A DNA stretch of 64,000 nt, from NCBI GenBank assembly GCA_963815215.1, contig CAWFFU010000014.1:18112-82111 (forward strand), written 5' to 3'. Both the position numbers and the translations under genes were made by a program. Below the pieces are notes generated by a model that saw only the letters and a list, made by a program, of their open reading frames with translations, had not been told where the DNA came from and made no database searches. Origin of the DNA: an uncultured Trueperaceae bacterium (GTDB lineage: Bacteria > Deinococcota > Deinococci > Deinococcales > Trueperaceae). This document shows positions 45,220-54,209 of this stretch, in pieces (position 1 is the first letter of the stretch; each line of letters opens with the position of its first letter).

Positions 45220-46956
45220 TCAGTCGTCGCCGCCGGCCCGCGCCGGCGCGGGCTGCGCGTCGTGGGCGTCGATCATCTGCTTGAACGCCTCCATCGACGC
45301 CTGGGTGGCGACCACGGTGAGCCGGTCGCCCTCCTCGAGCATGGTGTCGCCGTCGGGGATCGAGGCCCGCTCGTTGTGCATCACCCCGGCGATGAGGACG
45401 TCGGACGGCAGCCGCAGCTCGCGCAGCTTCTTCTTCGTCACCGGGCACCCCAGGGGCACCTCGGTCATGTACACGAACTCGTGGCGGCCGACCATCGGCA
45501 CCGGCTCGCCGCGCGACAGCCGGTCGACGAACTCGCGGTCGAGGATGGTCGGGTCGAGCGTGACCACGCGCTGGCGTAGCAGCTTGAGCACCGCCTGGTA
45601 GTACTCCTGCTGGTGCACCGGGCTGTCGCCGGGGTGGGCGACCTGCCACTCGTACAGGGTGGGGTACTTGGCGCGCCGCGTGAGGGTGTCCTGGATCACG
45701 TAGCTGAGCGACACCGTCAGCATGGTCGGAACGATCAGCCGGTAGCCGCCGGTCATCTCGGCCACCATGATGAGGGTCGCCAGCGGCACCCGGGCGGCGC
45801 CGGCGAAGATGGCGGCCATGCCGACCACGGCGAGCGCCTCCGGGCTCGGGCCCGACGGCGTGAGGAAGTGCAGGAAGCTGGCCAGCGCGCCGCCCAGCAT
45901 GCTGCCGACGAACAGGGTGGGGCCGAAGACCCCGCCCGAGCCGCCGGAGCTGATGGTGAACGACATCGCCACGATCTTGCCGAAGGCCAGCAGCACCATC
46001 AGCCACAGCGCCAGCTTGCCGTCGATGGCGAGCTGCATGAAGCCGTAGCCGCCGCCCAGCAGCTGCGGCAGCGCCATGCCCAGCAGCCCGAGCATCAGGC
46101 CGCCGATGGCGGGCTTGACGTGGTTGGGCACGGGCAGGGCGCGGAACCAGTCGCGCAGACGGTAGAAGACCCAGGGGATGAGGGTGGCGACCAGCCCGGC
46201 GGCTACGCCGAGGATGGCGAACCACAGCAGCTCGCGCACGCCGGTGAAATCCAGCGGCGCCGGCAGCGCGAACAGTGGCGTCCAGCCGCTGAAGCTGCCG
46301 GTGACGGCGTAGGCGGTGGCGGCGCCGATCAGGGTGTAGACCAGTGCGGCGCCCTCGAAGGCCATCTCGCGGTACAGGATCTCGACGGCGAAGATGGCGG
46401 TGCCGAGCGGGCTCTTGAACACCGCCGAGAGGCCCGCCGCCATGCCGACCAGCAACAGATAACGACGCTCCTCGGCGGGGAGTCTGAGGAGCGTTCCCAT
46501 CACCGAGCCGAAGCCGGCGGCGATCTGCGCGGTCGGGCCTTCACGCCCGGCCGCGCCGCCCGATCCGATGGTGATGGCGCTGGCTACGGTCTTGAGGATC
46601 GGCACGCGGGCGCGCACGAAGCCGTCGAGGCGGTGGTAGGCCTTGACGGCGGCGTCGGTGCCGTGCCCTTCGGACTCCGGCGCGAAGGTGTAGACCAGGA
46701 AGCCCACGACCAGGCCGCCCAGGGTGGTCGACACCGGGATCAACCAGTTCATGTAGTGCTGGGGCGGAGGACCCGCCATCTGTGCCGCGGCCCCGGTCGA
46801 GAGGATCGGGTTGTGGGCCAGACCGTCGATGAGGTAGTGCGACACCCACGTGATCATCCACTCGAAGAGCTGGGCGCCGAGTGCGCCTACGACCCCGAGG
46901 AGCACGCTGAGCAGAACGAGCCTGGAGGTTCGATCGAGTCGGAGAAGCCAGTTCAC
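45220..46956 (-). CDS. ClC-family chloride channel/antiporter with C-terminal TrkA-C (RCK_C) domain
   Basis: GHGT, GREGP, GGVFGP, EMTG motifs; C-terminal KKLRELRLP...IPDGDTMLEEGDRL. Confidence 0.88.
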   Translation of the reverse strand: MNWLLRLDRTSRLVLLSVLLGVVGALGAQLFEWMITWVSHYLIDGLAHNPILSTGAAAQMAGPPPQHYMNWLIPVSTTLGGLVVGFLVYTFAPESEGHGTDAAVKAYHRLDGFVRARVPILKTVASAITIGSGGAAGREGPTAQIAAGFGSVMGTLLRLPAEERRYLLLVGMAAGLSAVFKSPLGTAIFAVEILYREMAFEGAALVYTLIGAATAYAVTGSFSGWTPLFALPAPLDFTGVRELLWFAILGVAAGLVATLIPWVFYRLRDWFRALPVPNHVKPAIGGLMLGLLGMALPQLLGGGYGFMQLAIDGKLALWLMVLLAFGKIVAMSFTISSGGSGGVFGPTLFVGSMLGGALASFLHFLTPSGPSPEALAVVGMAAIFAGAARVPLATLIMVAEMTGGYRLIVPTMLTVSLSYVIQDTLTRRAKYPTLYEWQVAHPGDSPVHQQEYYQAVLKLLRQRVVTLDPTILDREFVDRLSRGEPVPMVGRHEFVYMTEVPLGCPVTKKKLRELRLPSDVLIAGVMHNERASIPDGDTMLEEGDRLTVVATQASMEAFKQMIDAHDAQPAPARAGGDD

Positions 46957-47037
46957 GTTTCGGTTCCTGGCGCGGGCGGCCGGGCAGTGTCTGCCGTGCG
47001 CAGACGACTCTCGGCAGCGCCTCGGCGCCAAATGGAG

Positions 47038-47066
47038 ATTGTACATACAACGCGGGGAACCCGCAA
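47038..47066 (-). promoter_or_regulatory. clc promoter overlapped by a GntR/HutC-type palindrome TTGTACATACAA
   Basis: Minus strand TTGCGG-17bp-TACAAT; near-palindrome at 47039-47050. Confidence 0.6.
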
Positions 47067-47150
47067 CCGGCATCGGCCCATGCCATCATGGGAGCGCTCG
47101 GCACGCGGGCGTGCCGAGCGCGAGCTGGGCGTCGAGGGAGGTGGAGCCGC

Positions 47151-48758
47151 ATGGACGAGGAACGAGACCCGAGCGCCGCCGGGATGGGGACAGACGGGCT
47201 GGGGACGGACCGGCTGCTGTACGTGGTCCGGCAGGCGCCCGAGCTGGCCATCAAGGCGCCCGCCACCCGCAACGCCTTCCGCAAGCGGCTCAAGGCCAAC
47301 CTCGGCGACGCCGTCAAGCGCTGGGGGCTGCGCGCCCAGGTGCGGTCGCTCTACGGACGGCTGATGGTGCGTATCGATCCCGGAGACGAGCCCGTCGAGG
47401 TGGCGGCGGAGCGCGCCCGCGACGCGCTGTCGCACGTGTTCGGGGTGGGCTCGTTCTCGCCCGCAGAGGCCCACTGCCACGCCGACCTCGACACCATCGT
47501 CGAGGTGGGCCGCGAGCTCTTCGCCGAGCGCGTGAAGGGGCGCCGCTACGCCGTGCGCTGCAAGCGCACCGGCAGCCACGCCTTCGGTTCGATGGACGTC
47601 GAGCGCGGGCTCGGCGCCGCCCTCAACGAGGGGGCCACGGTCGACCTGGGCGATCCCGAGGTGACGGTCTCGGTGGAGGTGACGGGCACGCGCGCGGTGT
47701 TCTTCAGCGAGCGCCTGCCGGGCCCCGGGGGGCTGCCGCTCGGGACCGGCGGACGCGCGCTGGCGCTGCTCTCCGGCGGCTACGACTCGGTGGTCGCCGC
47801 CTGGTACGTCATGAAACGCGGGGTAGAGGTGGACTTCCTGCACTGCCGCATGGGGGGCGCCGCGTCCGAGCGGCTGGCCCTGCAGATCGCCAAGGTCCTG
47901 ACCGACCGCTGGGCGATGGGCAGCCGGCCGGACTTCTACGCCGTCGACTTCGCGACCGTGGTGGAGGAGCTGCAGGCCTCGTCGAAGGCGTCGTACTGGC
48001 AGGTGGTGCTCAAGCGCCAGATGCTGCGCACCGGCGACGGGCTCGCCGACCGCATCGAGCGCGACCTGGAGCGGCGCTCCAAGGAGCGCGGCGAGCGCCG
48101 CAAGCCGCTCATGGTCGACGCCCTGGTGACCGGCGAGGTGGTGGCGCAGGTGTCGTCGCAGACGTTGAGCAACCTACGCGCTATCGACGGCGTGGCCGAG
48201 CGGCCGGTGCTGCGCCCGCTGGCGGGGCTGGACAAGCTGGAGATCATCCGCGGCGCCGAGCACATCGGGACCGCCGCGCTGTCGGCGCAAGTGCGCGAGT
48301 TCTGCGCCATCACGCCCGGCCACCCGGTCACCTCGACGCGCCCGGGCGAGGTCGAGCGTCAGGAGGGTGGGCTCGATCCGTCGCTGCTGGCCGCCCTGGT
48401 GGAGGCGGTGCCACGGAGGGCGTTGCGCGCGCTCACCCCGGCCGACCTGATGCTGCCCTACCTCTACGTCGACGAGCTACCCGCCGGGGCGATCGTGCTC
48501 GATGGCCGCGAGGAAGGATTGCAGCTCGCGTGGCGGCCCGAGGGCGCCGTGCGCGCGGCGCTGCCCGGTCTGCTCAGGCGCCTGCACGAGCTCGACAAGG
48601 AGCCGACCTACGTGCTGTTCTGCCGGTTCGGCACGCGCAGTGCGCAGGCCGCCGAGGTGATGCAGCAGGCGGGCTTCGAGGCGTACTCGTTCCGCGGGGG
48701 GGAGCGGGCGCTGCGGGCGCACCTCGAGGCGGCCGGGCGGGTGTCGGCCCGGGCCTAG
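47151..48758 (+). CDS. thiI: tRNA 4-thiouridine synthase (THUMP + PP-loop + C-terminal rhodanese)
   Basis: PELAIK, GPGGLPLGT, LLSGGYDS, TGEVVAQVSSQT, EFC, rhodanese FCRFGTRS. Confidence 0.9.
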   Translation: MDEERDPSAAGMGTDGLGTDRLLYVVRQAPELAIKAPATRNAFRKRLKANLGDAVKRWGLRAQVRSLYGRLMVRIDPGDEPVEVAAERARDALSHVFGVGSFSPAEAHCHADLDTIVEVGRELFAERVKGRRYAVRCKRTGSHAFGSMDVERGLGAALNEGATVDLGDPEVTVSVEVTGTRAVFFSERLPGPGGLPLGTGGRALALLSGGYDSVVAAWYVMKRGVEVDFLHCRMGGAASERLALQIAKVLTDRWAMGSRPDFYAVDFATVVEELQASSKASYWQVVLKRQMLRTGDGLADRIERDLERRSKERGERRKPLMVDALVTGEVVAQVSSQTLSNLRAIDGVAERPVLRPLAGLDKLEIIRGAEHIGTAALSAQVREFCAITPGHPVTSTRPGEVERQEGGLDPSLLAALVEAVPRRALRALTPADLMLPYLYVDELPAGAIVLDGREEGLQLAWRPEGAVRAALPGLLRRLHELDKEPTYVLFCRFGTRSAQAAEVMQQAGFEAYSFRGGERALRAHLEAAGRVSARA

Positions 48759-48813
48759 GCGGCGTCGGCGGCGGCCGTGCGCGCGGCGATCGCGGCGCGC
48801 GTTGCGCCGTGAC

Positions 48814-49731
48814 CTAGCCGGCGCTTGCCGTGGCGGCGCCACGCAGTAGGCGCTGCAGCGCTCGGCGGTGGGACGGTTCGAGCCGGGACGCCGTCACCAA
48901 CCACACGTCGACGCGGTCCTCGCCCGGTTCGACCGCCACCCGTTTCAACCAGCCCGCTTCGCTCTCCGGTCCCACGTACGACCACACCGTGACCCCGATG
49001 CCCTGACCGGCCAGCACCGCCGACCGCACGGCGGCGGGGCCGCTGAGCTCCAGCGTGCGGCCGGGCTCGAGCCCGGCGTCGCGCATCTCCTGCCGCACGT
49101 GGGCGTTGAGGTTGCTGGAGCGCGACGGCAGCAGCAGCGTCTCGCCGTGCAGGGCGGCTGGGTCGATCCGCCCTTCGCGGGCCACCGGGTCGTCCGGGAG
49201 GGTGGCGAGGCACACCCGCTCGGTGCCCAGGCGCTCGACGGTGTAGGCGTCGTCGGCAGGGGGCGGTGCGCCGAGCGTGACGGCGGCGTCGAGGGTGCCG
49301 GCCGTCACCGCCTGGAGGAGCGGCGCCGAGTACCCCTCCTGCAGCTCCGGCTCGAGCGCCGTCCCCAGGCCCGCCAGGCGCCGTGCTTCGCGCAGCAGCG
49401 CGCCGCTCAGCCGCGGCACGAGGTGATGGCTGAGCCCCAGGCGCAGCCTGAGCGGCGTTGGCGGGGGACTCGCCATGTGGGAGGCGGCGGCGCGCAGGGC
49501 GGCGTCGAGGGTGCGGGCGTGGGGCAGCAGGGCGCGCCCCTGCGCCGTCAGCGTTGCGCCCCGGGAGCCGCGGTGAAGCAGGGGCACGGCGCTGCCGCGC
49601 TGCAACGCGGCCAGTCGTCGGCTGACCGCCGACTGGCTGATGCCCAGCTCGCGCGCCGCCTCGCTCTCGCTGCCCGCGTCGGCGACGGCGAGGAGCGTGA
49701 GCAGATGGGTCGCGTCGGGGCGTTCGGACAT
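48814..49731 (-). CDS. LysR-family transcriptional regulator
   Basis: AARELGISQSAVSRRLAALQ HTH, LTAQG; substrate-binding domain. Confidence 0.88.
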   Translation of the reverse strand: MSERPDATHLLTLLAVADAGSESEAARELGISQSAVSRRLAALQRGSAVPLLHRGSRGATLTAQGRALLPHARTLDAALRAAASHMASPPPTPLRLRLGLSHHLVPRLSGALLREARRLAGLGTALEPELQEGYSAPLLQAVTAGTLDAAVTLGAPPPADDAYTVERLGTERVCLATLPDDPVAREGRIDPAALHGETLLLPSRSSNLNAHVRQEMRDAGLEPGRTLELSGPAAVRSAVLAGQGIGVTVWSYVGPESEAGWLKRVAVEPGEDRVDVWLVTASRLEPSHRRALQRLLRGAATASAG

Positions 49732-49739
49732 GCCCCAGT

Positions 49740-49754
49740 ATGCGCTTAGAGCAT
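49740..49754. promoter_or_regulatory. LysR-type box ATGC-N7-GCAT over the lysR promoter
   Basis: atgc-gcttaga-gcat; same motif at 50175-50189. Confidence 0.65.
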
Positions 49755-49796
49755 AGCTAGGGCATAGGCCTACGGGCCGCGCCGGCGGAGGGCGCT

Positions 49797-49998
49797 GGGG
49801 GGGTACGCGGAACCCCTCTTCCGAACGTCAAGCGTGATGTTACCGGCGTAGCCACGCGCTGCCGTCTGGGAGCGAGGCGCGCGCCCCGGAGCCGATGGGG
49901 CCGAGGCGCGCGCCTCGCTCGTGTGCCGCCCTGGGACGGGTCGCCGGAGAAGGCAAAGCCAGCCTTGACGTTCCACCCCAGGCCCGCGGGAACCCCCC
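49797..49998. repeat. Dispersed inverted-repeat element, copy B (MITE/REP-like)
   Basis: Both arms carry CTTGACGTTC-N14-GSGWACCCCCC; central perfect 16-bp stem at 49870-49920. Confidence 0.65.
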
Positions 49999-50174
49999 AT
50001 CGCCTCGTCGCCTGGCGCAGCGGGATCGCTCACCGCCTCAGGCGCCGCCGTCCGCGCCCGCCCGGCCGCCCACCGTCCGTCCGTCCGCGCCCCTCGCTCC
50101 TGTGCTCCGGCGATGCCCCGACGCGGCCGCCTCCCGCTACGATGGCGCTGTAGACGGCCGGATCCACCCGCGAT

Positions 50175-50236
50175 ATGCACGGAGCGCATGCAACGTCGCG
50201 CGAACCGTTGACCATATCCGGGAGGGGTATTAGGCT
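50175..50236 (+). promoter_or_regulatory. Promoter of the persulfide/rhodanese operon with LysR box and CsoR/CstR-like operator
   Basis: ATGC-N7-GCAT (50175-50189); TTGACC (50208-50213); spacer ATATCCGGGAGGGGTAT; TAGGCT (50231-50236). Confidence 0.7.
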
Positions 50237-50416
50237 CGATCCATACCACGCGGTCCCGGGCCGGTGGCGGCGCGCGGGAAGCGCGCCGGAAGCGCATCGG
50301 CGAGGCCGCACGGTCGGCCCCCGCAGCAGCGCTCACGGTCTCGGCGACCACCCCAACGAGCCACCACATGAACCCCGTCGCATCGAGCAGGCTCAGCAAG
50401 GCGTGAAGGGAGTCGG

Positions 50417-51931
50417 ATGTTCTTCAAGCACTTCTACGACACGGATCTGGCCCAGGGTAGCTACCTGATCGGATGCCAGGCCAGCGGGGAAGCCATCGTG
50501 GTGGACCCGCGCCGGGACGTGCGCGTGTACCTCGACGAGGCCGCGGCCCAGGGGCTGCGGATCGTCGCCGTCACGGAGACGCACATCCACGCCGACTACC
50601 TGTCCGGGTCGCGGGAGCTCGCGCAGGCGGCCGGCGCACGCCTCTACCTCTCCGACGAGGGCGCGTCCACCGAGGGTGCGTCCACCGAGGGTGCGTCCAC
50701 CGAGGCTACGGTCGGCGACGACGACTGGAGCTACCGCTTCGACCACGTCGGCCTGCGCCATGGCGACGCCATCCGCATCGGCAACCTCGAGATCGAAGCG
50801 CTCCACACCCCCGGCCACACCCCCGAGCACCTGTCCTTCCTGGTGACCGACGGCGGCCTCACCGAGCGTCCCGGCTACCTGTTGAGCGGCGACTTCGTGT
50901 TCGTCGGCGACATCGGCCGGCCCGACCTGCTCGACGAGGCGGCGGGCGGCGTGGACACCCGCTTCGAGGGCGCCGGCAAGCTGTTCGCCAGCCTGCGCGA
51001 CGTCTTCCTGAAGCTTCCCGACTACGTCCAGGTGTGGCCCGGCCACGGCGCCGGCAGCGCCTGCGGCAAGGCGCTCGGCGCCGTGTCCAGCACCACCGTC
51101 GGTTACGAGCGGCTCACCGCCTGGTGGCGCGACTACCTCGACCGGGACGATCAGGACGGCTTCGTGGCGGCCCTGCTCGACGGGCAGCCGGACGCGCCCC
51201 GCTACTTCGGACGCATGAAGCGGCACAACCGCTCCGGTCCCGCGTTGCTCGGCGAGCGCGCGCCGTTGCGGCGGTTCGAGCCCGCCGAGGTGGGCCGCCG
51301 GCTGGGCGCCGATCTGCACCTGCTCGACACCCGGCCCGAGGCCCAGCAGTGGCCCGGCGCCGTGCCCGGCGCGCTGACGGTACCCGGCGGCCGGAGCTTC
51401 GCCACCTACGCCTCGTACCTGCTCGACCCCGAGCGCGACGCGCGCGAAATCGTGGTGCTGGCGCCGGATGTCGAGGCGGCCGAGCGGTTCCGCGATCGGC
51501 TCGCCTTCGTGGGCATCGACCGCGTCGTCGGTTACCTGCCGTCGCTGGCCGGCATGACGGTGCGGCCGCTGCCGCTGGTCTCGCCGGCCGAGCTCGAGCG
51601 GCTCGACGATCCCTACGTGCTCGACGTGCGCACCGCCAACGAGTACGCCGAGGGGCACCTCCCCGGTGCCGTCCAGCTCCACGCCGGGCGCGTCGCCTGG
51701 AAGCTCGACGCCCTGCCGCGCGACCGTCGCGTGATCGTCCACTGCCAGAGCGGCGCGCGCTCCGCCGTCGTCGCCAGCTTGCTGCGCAGCGAGGGCTTCG
51801 ACGGCGTCGCCGAGCTCGAAGGCAGCTACCTGGGCTGGTTGGCGTACCGGCGCGAGAAGCCCGAACCCCTGACCCCGTCCGCTCCAGCAAGCGAGCGCGC
51901 ATCCACCGGAGGTACGCAGCATGTTCGATGA
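50417..51931 (+). CDS. MBL-fold persulfide dioxygenase-rhodanese fusion (CstB-like)
   Basis: ETHIHADYLSG, TPGHTPEH, GDFVFVGDIGRPDL, PGHGAGSACGK; pseudo-rhodanese plus rhodanese HCQSGARS. Confidence 0.88.
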   Translation: MFFKHFYDTDLAQGSYLIGCQASGEAIVVDPRRDVRVYLDEAAAQGLRIVAVTETHIHADYLSGSRELAQAAGARLYLSDEGASTEGASTEGASTEATVGDDDWSYRFDHVGLRHGDAIRIGNLEIEALHTPGHTPEHLSFLVTDGGLTERPGYLLSGDFVFVGDIGRPDLLDEAAGGVDTRFEGAGKLFASLRDVFLKLPDYVQVWPGHGAGSACGKALGAVSSTTVGYERLTAWWRDYLDRDDQDGFVAALLDGQPDAPRYFGRMKRHNRSGPALLGERAPLRRFEPAEVGRRLGADLHLLDTRPEAQQWPGAVPGALTVPGGRSFATYASYLLDPERDAREIVVLAPDVEAAERFRDRLAFVGIDRVVGYLPSLAGMTVRPLPLVSPAELERLDDPYVLDVRTANEYAEGHLPGAVQLHAGRVAWKLDALPRDRRVIVHCQSGARSAVVASLLRSEGFDGVAELEGSYLGWLAYRREKPEPLTPSAPASERASTGGTQHVR

Positions 51932-52265
51932 GATCTACCCAGACGACGTGGCCCAGTGGGTCGACGACGGCGCTCAGCTCGTGGACGTTCGCGAGGCCTG
52001 GGAGTTCGGCGCCGGGCATGTGCCGGGCGCCGTCAACATCCCCCTCGATGAGCTGATCGGACGCATCGCCGAGCTGCGCGAGCCGCTGGTGCTGGTGTGC
52101 GCGAGCGGCAACCGCTCCGGCATGGCGGCGCAGTACCTGACCGGCCGGGCCGGCTTCCAGAAGGTCGCCAACCTGGTGGGCGGCACCTACCTGTGGGTGG
52201 CGCGCGGCAAGCCGCTGCAGAAGCCCGGCGAGGCGGATCCGCAGACCTCGGTCCGCACGCTCTAG
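51921..52265 (+). CDS. Single-domain rhodanese (sulfurtransferase)
   Basis: DVRE, GHVPGA, VCASGNRS. Confidence 0.9.
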   Translation: MFDEIYPDDVAQWVDDGAQLVDVREAWEFGAGHVPGAVNIPLDELIGRIAELREPLVLVCASGNRSGMAAQYLTGRAGFQKVANLVGGTYLWVARGKPLQKPGEADPQTSVRTL

Positions 52266-52337
52266 CCATCCGCCCGACGCGATGAGTCCGACGCGATGAT
52301 CCTGCCGTGACGAGCCTGCCGTGACGAGCCTGAGGCG

Positions 52338-54209
52338 ATGAGCCCGCCGTCCGCCCCGCAGCCGCTGGGCGGCGCTTCCCGCCCTTCCGGGCTCGAGCGC
52401 TGGCTGCCGGCGTGGGGCTGGCTGCGACACTACGACCGCCGCGACCTCGGCGGCGACATCACCGCCGGCATCGTGGTGGCGGTGATGCTGGTCCCGCAGG
52501 GCATGGCCTACGCCATGCTCGCCGGCATGCCGCCGGTGGCGGGGCTGTACGCCTCGGCCATCCCGGTGCTGGCGTACGTGCTGTTCGGCTCCTCACGGCA
52601 ATTGGCGGTGGGCCCGTCGGCGCTGACGGCGCTGCTCACGCTCTCCGGCGTGTCGCTTCTGGCTACCCCCGGCAGCGCCGCGTTCGTGGTGCTGGCGGGA
52701 ACGCTGGCCTTGATGGCGGGGCTGTTCCAGCTGGCTCTGGGCCTGCTGCGGGCGGGCTTCGTCACCAACTTCCTGTCCAGCGCGGTCATCAACGGCTTCA
52801 CCTCGGGCGCGGCCATCATCATCGCCATCAATCAGCTCAAAGACCTGCTGGGCGTGAAGGTCGGCGCCGGCGCCGGCCTGGTAGGGCTGGTGCGGGCCCT
52901 GCTGCCGCACCTCCACGAGGCCAACCTGCCCACCGTCGCCATCGGCGCGGGCAGCGTGGCGCTGCTGCTGGCGCTCAAGCGTCTGCGGGTGCGCTCCCTG
53001 CCCGGGCCGCTGGTGGTGGTGGTGCTCGGCACGGTGCTGGTGGGACTGGCGCGGCTCGACGGCGCCGGCGTGGCGGTGGTGGGGCGCGTCCCGCGCGGCC
53101 TGCCGCTGCCGGCGTTGCCCGCCGTCGACCCGGCCGCGCTGCCGGCGCTGGTGCCCGCCGCCCTGGCGCTCGCCTTCGTGGGATTCATGGAAGCGATCGC
53201 GGTGGGCCGCTCCATCGCCGCGCGCGAGCGCACCACGGTGGACGCCAACCGCGAGCTCGTCGGCCTCGGGCTCGCCAACCTGGTGTCCGGGCTGGTGGGC
53301 GGTTACCCGTTGGGCGGCGGTTTCGGACGCTCCGCGGTGAACTACGAGGCCGGCGCGCGCACGCAGCTCGCCTCGGTGGTGCGCGCGGCGCTGCTGGTGC
53401 TGACGCTGGTGGCGCTGACGCCGCTCTTCACCTTCCTGCCGCGCGCCGTCCTGGGCGCCATCGTGTTCGTGGCGGTGATCGGCCTGGTCGACGTGCGCGA
53501 ACCGGTCCGGCTGTTCCGGGTGCGGCCCGTGGACGGCTGGACGCTGCTCGTCACCTTCGCTGCCACGCTCTTCGTCGGCGTGGAGGCGGGCATCCTGATC
53601 GGGGTGGCGTTCTCGCTGCTGGTGTTCGTGGCGCGCAGCGCCTACCCGCACGTGGCGGAGCTGGGCTGGCTGGCCGACGCCGGGGTGTTCCGCAACGTGC
53701 GGCGCTTCGACGCCGCGCGGCGCTACCGCGGCGTGCTGCTGGCGCGCCCGGACGCGGCGCTGTACTTCGCCAACATGGCGTTCCTGGAGAGCTGGCTCGA
53801 CGACGCCTTGCGGGGCCGCGCCGACGACGCCGGCGAGCCCGTGGAGGCGGTCGTGCTCGACTGCTCCGCGGTCAACGACATCGACGCGGTGGCGCTGGAG
53901 GCGCTGGAGCGGCGCCTGGACGCCTGGGACGGGGTCGGCGTGGCGTTGCACCTGGCCGGCGTCAAGGGCCCGGTGCGCGACATGCTGGCGCGCTCCGGCT
54001 TCACGCAGCGCCACCCCGAGCGCGTCGGGCACCTCAGCGTGAGCCATGCCCTGGAGGCGCTGGGAGCGCAGCTCGAGGCGCCCGCCGAGTCGCTACCGTC
54101 CGAAGCGTTGCCGTCTGAACCGTTGCCGTCTGAACCGTCGCCGTCTGAACCATCCACGGCCACGTCCGCCGGGCCGAAGAGGCGCCGCGCGACAGGAGGA
54201 ACCCCATGA
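52338..54209 (+). CDS. SulP-family anion permease with STAS domain
   Basis: DITAG, PQGMAYA, GLYAS, NRELVGLG, LYFAN, VNDID. Confidence 0.92.
   Translation: MSPPSAPQPLGGASRPSGLERWLPAWGWLRHYDRRDLGGDITAGIVVAVMLVPQGMAYAMLAGMPPVAGLYASAIPVLAYVLFGSSRQLAVGPSALTALLTLSGVSLLATPGSAAFVVLAGTLALMAGLFQLALGLLRAGFVTNFLSSAVINGFTSGAAIIIAINQLKDLLGVKVGAGAGLVGLVRALLPHLHEANLPTVAIGAGSVALLLALKRLRVRSLPGPLVVVVLGTVLVGLARLDGAGVAVVGRVPRGLPLPALPAVDPAALPALVPAALALAFVGFMEAIAVGRSIAARERTTVDANRELVGLGLANLVSGLVGGYPLGGGFGRSAVNYEAGARTQLASVVRAALLVLTLVALTPLFTFLPRAVLGAIVFVAVIGLVDVREPVRLFRVRPVDGWTLLVTFAATLFVGVEAGILIGVAFSLLVFVARSAYPHVAELGWLADAGVFRNVRRFDAARRYRGVLLARPDAALYFANMAFLESWLDDALRGRADDAGEPVEAVVLDCSAVNDIDAVALEALERRLDAWDGVGVALHLAGVKGPVRDMLARSGFTQRHPERVGHLSVSHALEALGAQLEAPAESLPSEALPSEPLPSEPSPSEPSTATSAGPKRRRATGGTP

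Noticed and set aside
46960..47035. Fluoride riboswitch / CLC-F exporter hypothesis
   Set aside because: No GAUGG...UAAUGA consensus in the leader; the protein has GREGP and GHGT rather than CLC-F signatures
42953..51931. Antibiotic-resistance calls for the serine hydrolase (42953-44038) and the MBL-fold protein (50417-51931)
   Set aside because: Motifs and context fit an AmiE-like amidase and a persulfide dioxygenase, not true beta-lactamases
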